Assembly: GCA_025603075.1 (NCBI GenBank)
Contig: MU626371.1
Coordinates: 4,276 to 68,275 of the forward strand
Length of the DNA: 64,000 nucleotides
Direction: 5' to 3'
From: Neoconidiobolus thromboides FSU 785
Lineage: Eukaryota > Fungi > Entomophthoromycota
The notes beneath the pieces are model-generated. The model searched no databases. It saw nothing but the letters and a program-made list of their open reading frames with translations, and was not told where the DNA came from. Below are positions 26,626-38,224 of the stretch, piece after piece; the stretch's first letter is position 1, and every line of letters starts with the position of its first letter. The position numbers and the translations under genes were made by a program.

Positions 26626-26898
26626 ATAAAAAACTATTTGTTATACAAATCTCAAGAAAACAAATCGAATAAATTAATGAAATTTATTAAACACCTGTTT
26701 TTTTCACTTTTTCGTTATTCCATTAAATATATCAAAAAACAGCTTGAATAGTAATGAATTGATTTTTCTTTGAGCTTTAATAAAATCAATAGCTTTTCAA
26801 AGGCATATTAACAATTCTGCCAAGTGACTGTATAATAACCCAACTATTATTTGAATGCTATAAAGTCAAAATAGCTAAATTTAAATTTACATCATAAA

Positions 26899-26998
26899 AT
26901 GGAGGTATTTTTTTTGGTTTCATTACTTCTACTTTTTAAGCGCTATTTGAGCGGAAAAACTATTAGTGAAATTCTTAAATACAAAAATACTTCTAAAT
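26899..26998 (-). mobile_element. ~105-bp MITE-like element, copy 6
   Basis: Reverse-complement consensus match; inverted relative to copy 5, ~270 bp away. Confidence 0.75.
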
Positions 26999-28008
26999 TA
27001 TCAAATTAGTAGTATGTCATTTATTAAACTTGGGTTTTTAATATATATAATTGTTACTCTCAAGGAAATAACGGCTTGATTATAAATATCTTTACTAATT
27101 TGAGGATATTTAAACTAAATGACAGTTTGATAATCAAAGGCCACAATGTTAATCGAAAAACATCAAAGTTAAATACTATTAGAGTTTTTATCTCATCAGC
27201 CTATATCCTATTTGTCTAGAAAGCGTGTTAAACTCGCTAAACATTTCTTAAATATTAATTGCATCTCGTCCTCTACAAAATACAAATGGTGAAGATTAAA
27301 GTGTTTATCAAAAAATAGTCATTGTTATTTATTTATTCGATAATGATATATAGAAAGGTTTATTAAAGTCATCTAAGGGAAATAGTAAATTTGAAAACCT
27401 CTCTTCAATGATCACAAGGCCTTATATGATTGATGAACAAAAAGACATTAAAAATATCAAGTTTGCTATTGCTATTGCTATTTTCATTCTCTTTATTGAT
27501 TTATGATATCAATTCTGCATTTTTATAACGCATGATCACTAGTATATTTTTAATATAGCAATATTAAAAATAATATATAGATTCCTTGGCTCTCTGACTG
27601 ATGGGATCATACTACTCTGGATCCACAATCACAATATTGTTTAGTAGTTTGAATTGATTTTGAGTATTTTTGTCGCGCTACTTCTGCACTATAATTTGGA
27701 AATATTGCTTGTAAATCAGCCTAGCTACTGTAAATTATTGAAAAATACTTTTGCATTCTTTTGCCAATGAGATGACTACTGGTTTATATTATAAGGCTCA
27801 AGATAAAAAATTAAATAAATGATCTCTAAGTTAAATACAAAAATACAGCATCGATAAGTTTATTGAAAATTAAATACAATACTGCTACAGTAATTATTGA
27901 AAGTAGTTAGATGTCAAAGCAATGCCTTCTATTAGCTTGAACTCTTGATTTAAAAATTAATAACTACAGTATACTATATTGATTTATTTTAACTATTACT
28001 TACAGAGT

Positions 28009-28635
28009 TTAAAGTTTAAGTATCTTTGAAATAGCCCTTTTAACCATTGAGCTTTTATCATCCTTTACATTGCCTACGTCGTCTTTAGGGCCTACATCAC
28101 CTGCAAACGAATCTATCCTTTTAAAGACCTCATCCTCAATTCCATCGATTTCTGCTTCAAGCTCTTTATCTCTACCTTCCTTGTTTTTAATTACAGCTCT
28201 ATAAAAGTATTCACAATCCTTAATTAAATCTAATAACACTTTTACAGTTTTAGCTGAGTCGAAACGATTACCATAGCCAGATAATTCAGAAATAGTGGCT
28301 TTACCGCCATTGGTTACAACGCCTTGAGGCTCATGGGAGGATTCTTTGTTATTATCATTTTGAAGCGATTTCAATATTTTGTTCAATTTTTTACCACTAT
28401 TTTTGCAAATGCTTTGGCATTGGTCATTATTGTTATTATACTTTTCAATCACCCTTAACGTAGCATGGCAGCTTGACAAACATTTATCAGTAGCATAACG
28501 TACCACTAGCTCCCTTTTACTATAGTTGACACCTTGGTGAATTTCACGTTTAACATTTGAGAATAAACTATCAACGGATAAAGTATTTACAGAAAGAGCA
28601 ATGGTAGAAAATAAAGCAAAGTTTACAAATTTCAT
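28009..28635 (-). CDS. Secreted protein, paralog of 24472-24885 with an extra Cys-containing insert
   Basis: Signal peptide MKFVNFALFSTIALSVNT; shares KNKEGRDKELEAEIDGIE; intronless. Confidence 0.88.
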   Translation of the reverse strand: MKFVNFALFSTIALSVNTLSVDSLFSNVKREIHQGVNYSKRELVVRYATDKCLSSCHATLRVIEKYNNNNDQCQSICKNSGKKLNKILKSLQNDNNKESSHEPQGVVTNGGKATISELSGYGNRFDSAKTVKVLLDLIKDCEYFYRAVIKNKEGRDKELEAEIDGIEDEVFKRIDSFAGDVGPKDDVGNVKDDKSSMVKRAISKILKL

Positions 28636-29820
28636 TTTGATCTATTTAATTTATATAAAATTGATAAGTTGATATATTTGAATTTAAAAGCTAATTTATA
28701 TTAGAATATTTTTTTAGACTTTTTATAGTTGATTTTTTTATCTTACCTTGTTTCTCCGTACTTTGGTTAAGTTTTATTTTGATTGGATTATTATGAATGA
28801 TATTGAAAAAAAAGGATTATTATCAGACGCGGATAATTTAAACAATATACACGAATTTATATGCTCTCCATTTTTTATTTTTAATGAAAAGGGCTATTTA
28901 GTGTTCTTAAGATTTAGTTCATGATATTATTACGGATGTATTAAACTATGTGGTATATCATTTTCTATATACATCTAAATTATGCAGAGATAGATTCTTC
29001 GTTTTAAAATTTTGTCCACTCGTCGTGAAGCACAAAGCTTAGAAACATCTTTAGTCAAAAACTGAGATAAAAAGTAGTATTCCCACATGTAGGATTTTTT
29101 AAAATAGTTTATTTTTAGTCAGAATTATATATAGTTAATTTATCAGATACAGATATATATTGTAAACAACTTTGAATTAACTATATTATACCACATTTCC
29201 TTTTTTACGCTAATAGGTTCACTACCAGCCTTCTAGCTTAGTATCCATTTGAATAAAATAATAATCATATCTAGAACCAATAACAAGAATCTATAAAATC
29301 TTACTGTGGATTAACATCTTACCTTCTTACAAGAGTCACTGAACCTCTCAAACATATTGTCTAAGAAACAGAATAATTAAGTCTGTAAATAAACTCGATC
29401 TTTTTGATTGCATGCTTGGTATCTTATCTCGAATTTTTAGAATCTGGGACCTTTACAGTTTTTATTAAGCTAACCGACTTTAGTAATACTTTAAAACAAC
29501 AATTCCATTTTATTTACTATCTTGTTATTCTAGCAATTCCAACTATTATATAACTTTTATTATTTTCCAAACTTCTAAAACCTTCAAAGATCCAATCAAC
29601 TTTTGTTCATTTTAATATTAGAAGAAATCAAAATATATAAAAATCTATGACAAAAGCGAATGGTAGCATAATATACTTTATCCATTATCATTGAGAAAAA
29701 GGTTATTGTCAAAAGCTTTCTATCCTAGTATTAGTGGCATGCATGGATATTTATTTATATCTCATGTCTTTAATTGGCAATTTAGATGTAATATTCAAAA
29801 TTTCTAATAAATTTTTTATA

Positions 29821-29924
29821 TATGCGGATGTATTTTTTTGCTTAAAAATTTTACTAACAATTTTTCCGCTCAAATAGCGCTTAAAAATAGAAAAAGTAGT
29901 GAAACCAGAAAAAATACCTCCATA
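29821..29924 (+). mobile_element. ~105-bp MITE-like element, copy 7
   Basis: Consensus match. Confidence 0.8.
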
Positions 29925-30012
29925 TCAAGTTTTATTTGTTTGGTTAGGTTGGAGTTTAAGACCTATTTAATTCTCAATTCATTAAAGCTACCTAAGGCAT
30001 TAGATCCTAATA

Positions 30013-30117
30013 TATGGGAATGTATTTTTGTATTTAATGATTTTACTAACAATTTTTTCATGCAAATAGCGCTTAAAAGATGGAAAAAGTAATAAAGTCA
30101 AAAAAAACATCTCCATA
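30013..30117 (+). mobile_element. ~105-bp MITE-like element, copy 8
   Basis: Consensus match; direct orientation ~90 bp after copy 7. Confidence 0.8.
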
Positions 30118-30303
30118 TTTTGGCATATTATGTGTATTTAAGTAGAGTTATTCTTTACTATTATATAATATTTTGATATTAATGTGACAAACTCACAGGT
30201 ACAAATATACAAAAATGATAAATATCAAGCGAAATGACTTTAAATTTTATAAGAAATTGGAAATTAAAAAATATAAATAAAATAAATTTAATAACTAGGC
30301 TAA

Positions 30304-30609
30304 TCAGTCTAAATCATGAATAACAGTAGGAGTAATTTGCTTCTTTTTAGGTCCCTCTTTAAAAGAAACAATTTTTTTAACTTCATTTAAACCGGCATTT
30401 AAATGATAACGAATTTTTTTGATGCTACCGATATCCTTTTTAACTAACTGATACTTTAGTTTGAAATCTCTTGGGATCAACGCACTTAATTGGGATCTTA
30501 AATAATATTTGCTACCTTTGATCATCCCATTTTTTAAATAGTCGAATGAACGAGAGACTATGGCTAAAGTCATGGTTATCATTAAGAAAAAAAGGAATAG
30601 TAACTTCAT
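30304..30609 (-). CDS. Small Lys-rich putative secreted protein (101 aa)
   Basis: Signal peptide MKLLFLFFLMITMTLA; intronless; TATAAAAG-like element ~90 bp upstream on the minus strand. Confidence 0.7.
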   Translation of the reverse strand: MKLLFLFFLMITMTLAIVSRSFDYLKNGMIKGSKYYLRSQLSALIPRDFKLKYQLVKKDIGSIKKIRYHLNAGLNEVKKIVSFKEGPKKKQITPTVIHDLD

Positions 30610-31327
30610 TTTTATTTATTATTTACAGGTATTGTATATTTAAATTAAAAATATTAATAAATTAAACTAAAAACTAATTTTTATGAAATATTGTTTTCTT
30701 TTATACTAATTAAACGGAGTAAATTTATATTTTCTCTTGCGGAGTAATTAAGTTCCTTTTTTAACTTCCGCTTTTTATTGGCTTATTCAAGTTCTTTTAA
30801 ATAATCTATTTTTATTATAGTCCCATACGTTACTAGTGTTAATATCCTTCTCAAACTAGTCTTTAATGATGCTATTAAAGAGTATAGCTCAACTACCTTT
30901 TAGATAAAAATACGAGTTTTTTTAAAATATATATTTACTAAAATATTAGTAAAAAAGCACTATTGGCAAAGCATGAATTTTTTAACGAGTTTTATTTTGA
31001 TGCATTACTTTTTCGGAAGATGTGTAGATCAGAGTTTAAAACAATGAATTTACCCAAAGTCAAAAAAATGGAGGAGTAAATCAAGACGTCACTCCTAAAA
31101 ACGTCAAGAAATTAATAGTAGAGAATATAGTTATCAAGTTATTTATAAACTCGAGTTTAGTCTACTTGAAATTTACAAAGTAGTATATTTGAATTTCTAC
31201 CTTAAACATACCATGCTGATTACAATATTTACCCTATAAGTAACATTGTTTTTTAAAAAGTAATTAGAAAAGTAATTAGCATAAAATTTTCAAAGAAAAT
31301 ATATTTTTATTTACATACTAATAACCT

Positions 31328-32254
31328 TTATGGCTTGAATTTACTCTTAGCATCCACAATTTTAGCTTTAAGGTACTCCAACTCTTGTTGTAACTTAACC
31401 GTTTTAGAAGAATCAGTATTAAGTTGAACAAAAGCGATATTGCAATCATTAATAAGGTTATCAAAATCAGCGTAAGACCTAGCAGCGGCTAAACGACTAT
31501 CTACTTTTACTAAAGTAGCGATTTGAGTACTACCACCTGGATTACCACCTGGATTACCACCTGGATTACCAGTATCCGGATGTTCTCTTGCAAAATCTTC
31601 TTGAGCTACTTTAATACGGTTTTGTACTCGAAGCCATTCACTATTTAATTCATTGATTCGGCTTGGGTCATTGTTTAATAACTCATTATAAGATGTACTA
31701 CATGAGCTTAATATAACATCAAACTCTTCTCTCTTTTTTACTAGCTTGATTTTGTTTTCAATGTCACAGCGTTGGAAAATAGTTTGACCTGGAGGTATAG
31801 TAGGTATTGGGGTCGAGGAGGAAGTTGTAGTGGAAGTAACAGGAGGCTTAGTGGTAGAAGTAGCAGTAGTGGAAGTAACAGGAGGATTTGTAGTAGTAGA
31901 AGTAACAGGAGGATTTGAAGTGCTAGGACCACCTGGTGGATGAGATAAAAAGTAATCGTTTTTATATTTTGAAAATTGCTCTTTGATGTAAACAATTTCA
32001 GCTTGAAGTGCAATCGCATTTTGTTGAGATGAATCTCTTGCCAATAAAGTATTATAGGCATTGTTACAATCATTCATTATTTCATTAAACCCACTTTCAG
32101 TAGTTGCTGCCTTTAAACGAGACTCGAATTTACATTCGACTGCTATTGGACCATACCCACGTCTTGTTATTTGATGAGTAACATCATTACTAAGTAATGA
32201 AAAAGCAGAGATGTAAGAAACCCCAAAAGCTAGGATAAGGTTATAAAATTTCAT
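31328..32254 (-). CDS. Secreted protein with three helical modules separated by Pro/Thr/Ser and GNPG linkers
   Basis: Signal peptide, RR site, three internal repeats (ESRL..A..F..I..DC..AY..LL), PPVTSTT x3 and GNPG x3 linkers. Confidence 0.9.
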   Translation of the reverse strand: MKFYNLILAFGVSYISAFSLLSNDVTHQITRRGYGPIAVECKFESRLKAATTESGFNEIMNDCNNAYNTLLARDSSQQNAIALQAEIVYIKEQFSKYKNDYFLSHPPGGPSTSNPPVTSTTTNPPVTSTTATSTTKPPVTSTTTSSSTPIPTIPPGQTIFQRCDIENKIKLVKKREEFDVILSSCSTSYNELLNNDPSRINELNSEWLRVQNRIKVAQEDFAREHPDTGNPGGNPGGNPGGSTQIATLVKVDSRLAAARSYADFDNLINDCNIAFVQLNTDSSKTVKLQQELEYLKAKIVDAKSKFKP

Positions 32255-32298
32255 AGTCTAAACTAATAGTAATATTGGTTTGTTGATGGTTTTAGGCT

Positions 32299-32310
32299 GT
32301 TTATATAGTT
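32299..32310 (-). promoter_or_regulatory. TATA element AACTATATAAAC upstream of the 31328-32254 gene
   Basis: Identical 12-mer also at 34194-34205 and 36187-36198, each 33-45 nt upstream of an ATG. Confidence 0.7.
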
Positions 32311-33329
32311 TTCATTCATAATTAGTAAAAGTTAAATGTTTTTTGTTTTTTTTGTGAGTTATTAATCTTATTACAATTTATCAACTCATGACCAAGGCGC
32401 TCTGGAATCCTTAGCATCATCCTCTATTTTTGGGTTAAAAATAGAAATGAATTAGTGATTTTCATTGTATTTTTAGACTGCTTAAAATATTAAAAATTGA
32501 TTGCGATCACTATTTGTAATTCTTAATTTAAACTATTATGTTTCTTCGTTCTATTGTTTCATATCTGTATTATTTATAATATATTACATCGTTTTTAACT
32601 TATCATAATTGTTCATTAACATAATTAAATTAAAACGATAAGTTTCAGTATTGAAAACAATAAAGTGACTACTTTTTTAAGGATAAATACCCTTAAGGAA
32701 AAAAATGAAATAATTCAAGGCTAAATGGCCATAAGATAAGTCATAATATAAAGAGCTCAATCCGTGTGTATAAAATTAACTCATCAATGTTATTAATAGT
32801 AGTTAAATAATAATAAACAACTCAAATGAGACACTTGTTCAAATTGTTGTTTTATTTTTAGACTAAAGAATTTTATTTTTTTTAGTCATCTTTAAATTGC
32901 TATTATTTTCAATAAAAACTTGAATTGTTAAAACTTAATACTACAAATTAAAGGATAATTTGATAAGGTAAATTCATATATATAATTAACTTATCAGTGA
33001 TAGAAAATATATATTAATGTATTATTGAGTCTAAAAGAGACATGTCTATACACAAGTAGTTTATTTTTGTAGTCGAATATCTAATAATAATTCAATTATT
33101 TTTAGATTAGAAGTGAAAATTCGGCTTTTCTATACTCACTTTTAAATTATTATTACTTAAAAAGGTTGGTATGAGTGTGCTCTTTATTTATCCAAGAGTT
33201 CATTCCTTTTTATATAATATTCAAGAAAGTAGTCAGTAATGAAGCAAAGATAGAATTTTATAATATCAGTCTTATTGTATAAAGTTAGAAACTTGAGAAA
33301 TAAATAATAGATTGTGTAAAAAAAACATA

Positions 33330-33402
33330 TGCCTTCTATCGGAATCGAACCAATGACCTTCCGCTTACTAGGCGGACGCTCTGCCAACTGAGCCAAGAAG
33401 GC
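33330..33402 (-). tRNA. tRNA-Thr (anticodon AGT), intronless
   Basis: GCCTTCT/AGAAGGC acceptor stem, TGGCTCAGTTGG A-box, TCCGC-CTAGTAA-GCGGA anticodon arm, GGTTCGATTCC B-box, oligo-T terminator immediately downstream. Confidence 0.95.
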
Positions 33403-33732
33403 AAACATGACAATACAGAATTTGAGTTTATCCACAAAATATAAAACATAGTAACTTTATTATTATAGCTATTGATGACAAAAGTTGAAATAGCATCAGC
33501 AAATTTAATTGATCAATATCTATATTCATAATTTTTATAAGTTATATATTAATATGAAGTTAATTCAATGAACTATCATTCATTAAAAACAAAGGAAGTA
33601 AAAATCCATGTAGCATAACTCATTATACTATAAAAACATAAAACTCATAATTAAAGTTGAATACTTTATTGATGATGCAATGTAAAAAGAAAATTAAAAT
33701 TGATAAGGGGATAAGATAAACAAATATCTTCT

Positions 33733-34161
33733 TTACCAACCCCAACCCCATGGACGTCCCCAACCCCATCCTCCTCTCCATCCCCATGGACGTCCCCAAC
33801 CCCATCCTCCTCTCCATCCCCATCCTCCTCTCCAACCCCATGGACGTCCCCAACCCCATCCTCCTCTCCAGCCTCCTCTCCATCCTCCTCTCCATCCTCC
33901 TCTCCAGCCCCATGGCTCAGCAGCAAAAGCGGGTGCACCTGGAGTCGAGTTTAATTGCTCATCTTGTTTTTCCTCTACTAAATTTGAGTTTGGTTCCACT
34001 AAGTTCGAATTACTCTCTTCCATTAAGTTAGAAATAGGTTGATTTAAGTTTTCTTTCTCAAGGAGTAAAGCATTATTTTGATTCAATTCATTTTCAGTAG
34101 CTGGAATGGTGCTGCAGTTAACTACAGCTGCAGTGAATAGGATTAAATGATTGAGTTTCAT
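33733..34161 (-). CDS. Secreted Gly/Trp/Arg-repeat peptide precursor 1 (142 aa)
   Basis: Signal peptide + acidic pro-region + PAFAAEP junction + 59-aa tail made only of G, W, R and P. Confidence 0.85.
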   Translation of the reverse strand: MKLNHLILFTAAVVNCSTIPATENELNQNNALLLEKENLNQPISNLMEESNSNLVEPNSNLVEEKQDEQLNSTPGAPAFAAEPWGWRGGWRGGWRGGWRGGWGWGRPWGWRGGWGWRGGWGWGRPWGWRGGWGWGRPWGWGW

Positions 34162-34193
34162 TTTTGTTGAGGTATATGTAATGAATAGTATCG

Positions 34194-34205
34194 GTTTATA
34201 TAGTT
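34194..34205 (-). promoter_or_regulatory. TATA element AACTATATAAAC
   Basis: 33 nt upstream of ATG 34161; identical to the elements at 32299 and 36187. Confidence 0.7.
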
Positions 34206-34423
34206 TTGTTTCTTACGCTTATCACTTTTATCAGTTTAAAGTTTATCAAGCACCAGTTCATTTTGTAATGTTTATTATTATGTTTAGTTTGTTCTATTGT
34301 TTTATTGTTTATTATATTTCTTATAGCATGATTAATTTTTATCAATTTAGGTTTATTAATTTTTTCATTTTTTATATTAATTGTTAATTCTTTTTATCAG
34401 CTGTTAGTTAATCAAGTGGTTTA

Positions 34424-34424
<1 letters not shown>

Positions 34425-34469
<45 letters not shown>

Positions 34470-34490
34470 GTTATTATTGTTATCATTATT
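34425..34490. repeat. (TTA)n microsatellite, intergenic
   Basis: Direct reading. Confidence 0.9.
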
Positions 34491-35614
34491 TAATGAATAA
34501 TCAGTATTATTTTATATAACTTAAGAGATACATAAAGTAATAACAAATAATAAACAAATTAAGTTTAAACAACATAAATCTAATATTTAGATTTTAAATA
34601 TTTTGGTCATTATTGATCAATAGATTTTGTGTTTCAAAAGTTAACTTATTAAATCTCTTTTTATTTGTGATATTATCAACTTTTTTGTCAACTTTCTTTA
34701 TTGTAATACAAAACTCTATCTTTTTCATGAATATATTTACTGAGAGTAAACAGAATAAATACTGTAATAATTTTTTAATACAATCTATAAATAATAAACT
34801 TAATAAACTCAAGTTTATTATACATCAAAATCAATTAAAAAATAAAGCTAGATAAATCATTTATTGAGTGCACTCATAGATTATGAGTATAGACATAATT
34901 ATCATATTCAATTATTAAGTATACTTTATTGAATTGATAAATTTCTTATTTTAATAAAAATACTAATAAATTAAAAATTATCCTTAATCTATTTCAATAT
35001 AATTAAAAACTCATCATCTAATTATTTATATTTTAATAAGTGTAAATTATAGATGTTTTTTTTACTCTATACATACGTTATAACATATAGTATAATTTAT
35101 TTGAAACAATACAGGAATTGAAGAGAATAAAGCAAATAGAAGTGGAAGAGAAAAGCTTGAAAAAAATATATTAATGTTTATAACTAAGCTTATTAATTCT
35201 ATCAGTTCATACTGTTTATACTTCTACTTTTGTTCTTTACAGGCTGTTGTTTATTATCCGTATGATTGCCAGCTTTTAATTTAATTATGACTAGATATTA
35301 AATTGATGTGTATGTACTAAACATACTGTTATGACTAAAATAAGAGTACACTAAGTTAATGGAAGGTTTTATTTAGTTTAAGTCAAATGTTATCTTTTTA
35401 AGGCTTTTCAACCATTTTAAAATTAAATGCCATTATTTTATACAAAGCTTCACAATCAATAGCCTTTAAAACTTAATTTGATGTGTAAACAATTATATGG
35501 TACTACAAATAAAAATCAAAGCAAATAGTCAAAGGGCACTTTATTTTAATGCAATGAAAATAGAAAACTTAAGCTTGTTATGAGAATAACAAGATATAGC
35601 ATCATATATTACCA

Positions 35615-36154
35615 TTACCAACGACGCCCACCTCTCCATCCTCCCCAACGTCCACCTCTCCATCCTCCCCAACGTCCACCTCTCCATCCTCCCCAGCGTC
35701 CACCTCTCCATCCTCCGCGATAGTAGCCACCGCCTCCATAGTAGCCTCCACCTCCATAATAACCACCACCCCCATAGTAGCCGCCACCCCAACGTCCACC
35801 TCTCCACCCTCCCCAACGTCCACCTCTCCATCCACCCCAACGTCCACCTCTCCATCCTCCCCAACGTCCACCTCTCCATCCTCCCCGGCGTCCACCTCTC
35901 CATCCTCCACGCCATCCACCTCTACGCCAAGGTTCAGTAGCAAAAGCAGGGGTACTTGGTGAAGAATTTAATTGTTCTTTATCCGCTTCAATCAAACTAG
36001 GATTGGGTTGTAGTAATAAGTTGGAAACGATAGGTTCCATTGGTACCTTTTGAAGGAATAAATCATTGCTTTCAGTACTATCAGAGGATGAGATAGGAAT
36101 TATATTACCACAAATTAAAGTGGCAATAAACGGTAATAGTAAAGTGAATTTCAT
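35615..36154 (-). CDS. Secreted Gly/Trp/Arg(/Tyr)-repeat peptide precursor 2 (179 aa)
   Basis: Paralogous pro-region (PIVSNL, EQLNS, PAFATEP) followed by GGWRGGRW octarepeats flanking GGG(G)YY repeats. Confidence 0.85.
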   Translation of the reverse strand: MKFTLLLPFIATLICGNIIPISSSDSTESNDLFLQKVPMEPIVSNLLLQPNPSLIEADKEQLNSSPSTPAFATEPWRRGGWRGGWRGGRRGGWRGGRWGGWRGGRWGGWRGGRWGGWRGGRWGGGYYGGGGYYGGGGYYGGGGYYRGGWRGGRWGGWRGGRWGGWRGGRWGGWRGGRRW

Positions 36155-36186
36155 CTTTTTTACTGAGTTGATTTTGAGTGGTATGG

Positions 36187-36198
36187 GTTTATATAGTT
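36187..36198 (-). promoter_or_regulatory. TATA element AACTATATAAAC
   Basis: 33 nt upstream of ATG 36154. Confidence 0.7.
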
Positions 36199-36712
36199 TA
36201 TTGTAGGTTATACATCACTCTTATTTAGGATTCAAGTATCAAGTATCAAATATCAAGTGTCTAGGTTTAGACTATTACTTTAGTTTGAGTTATTAGGTTA
36301 TATATTTGTATTATATATTAAATTCATAGATACTGAATAGCGTAAGTGATAAACAATATATTTTTTTAAAGTTTATTTTACTAATATATTAATTGATAGA
36401 AATTGTAAAAGTAATAATAATTTGATTTCATAATATTTAAATAAATTGATAACTAATAATAAATATATATACTAGTTAAACAATTTTATTGTTTTTCATT
36501 AATATATAATAATAGATTGAATTAGAAGTAATAGAGTTTAAAAAATATTAATCAAAATAAATCATTTTATTTGAATAACATCAAATTAAACAATTTAACA
36601 TCTCTATCAAGTCAAAATTGAAATAAAACAAATAAAGCCTAAATAACAAAAATAACCTTTATTCAATAATCACAAAAAACAATATCATCCAAAGCCCCTT
36701 TCACCACCTTAT

Positions 36713-37964
<1,252 letters not shown>

Positions 37965-38224
37965 TTTTATTAGTTGAATGAAATAACAAAAATAAAGAAT
38001 AAAGAATAAAGAATAAAGACATTTTTTGAAAATTGTTTAATTATTTGTCATTGGATGAATTCAAGTTTATTTTTAAACAACAGTAAAAATTAAAATTAAA
38101 ATGGGGACAATCGTCCAAAGAAAAAGGGAGGGTAGAATGACGTCAATCAAACTAATAGAAATATAATAGAAATTAAATTTTATTTATATACTATTTCTTT
38201 TTACATATTTTATACTTCTTCATT

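Noticed and set aside
29838-30092. ORFs spanning MITE copies (also 7995-8204, 52054-52362, 61911-62162, 61918-62100) with recurring FTNNFSAQIALK-like peptides
   Set aside because: They arise because the repeat is open in some frames; starts, ends and strands differ between copies, so there is no conserved gene.
33623-34031. Alternative-frame and antisense ORFs over GWR precursor 1 (33623-33913, 33666-33938, 33750-34031)
   Set aside because: Shadow frames of a stop-poor repeat; only the 33733-34161 frame has a signal peptide, a TATA element and a paralog.
35541-35943. Alternative-frame ORFs over GWR precursor 2 (MERWT and GEDGEV repeats)
   Set aside because: Same repeat read in other frames; no signal peptide or independent start context.
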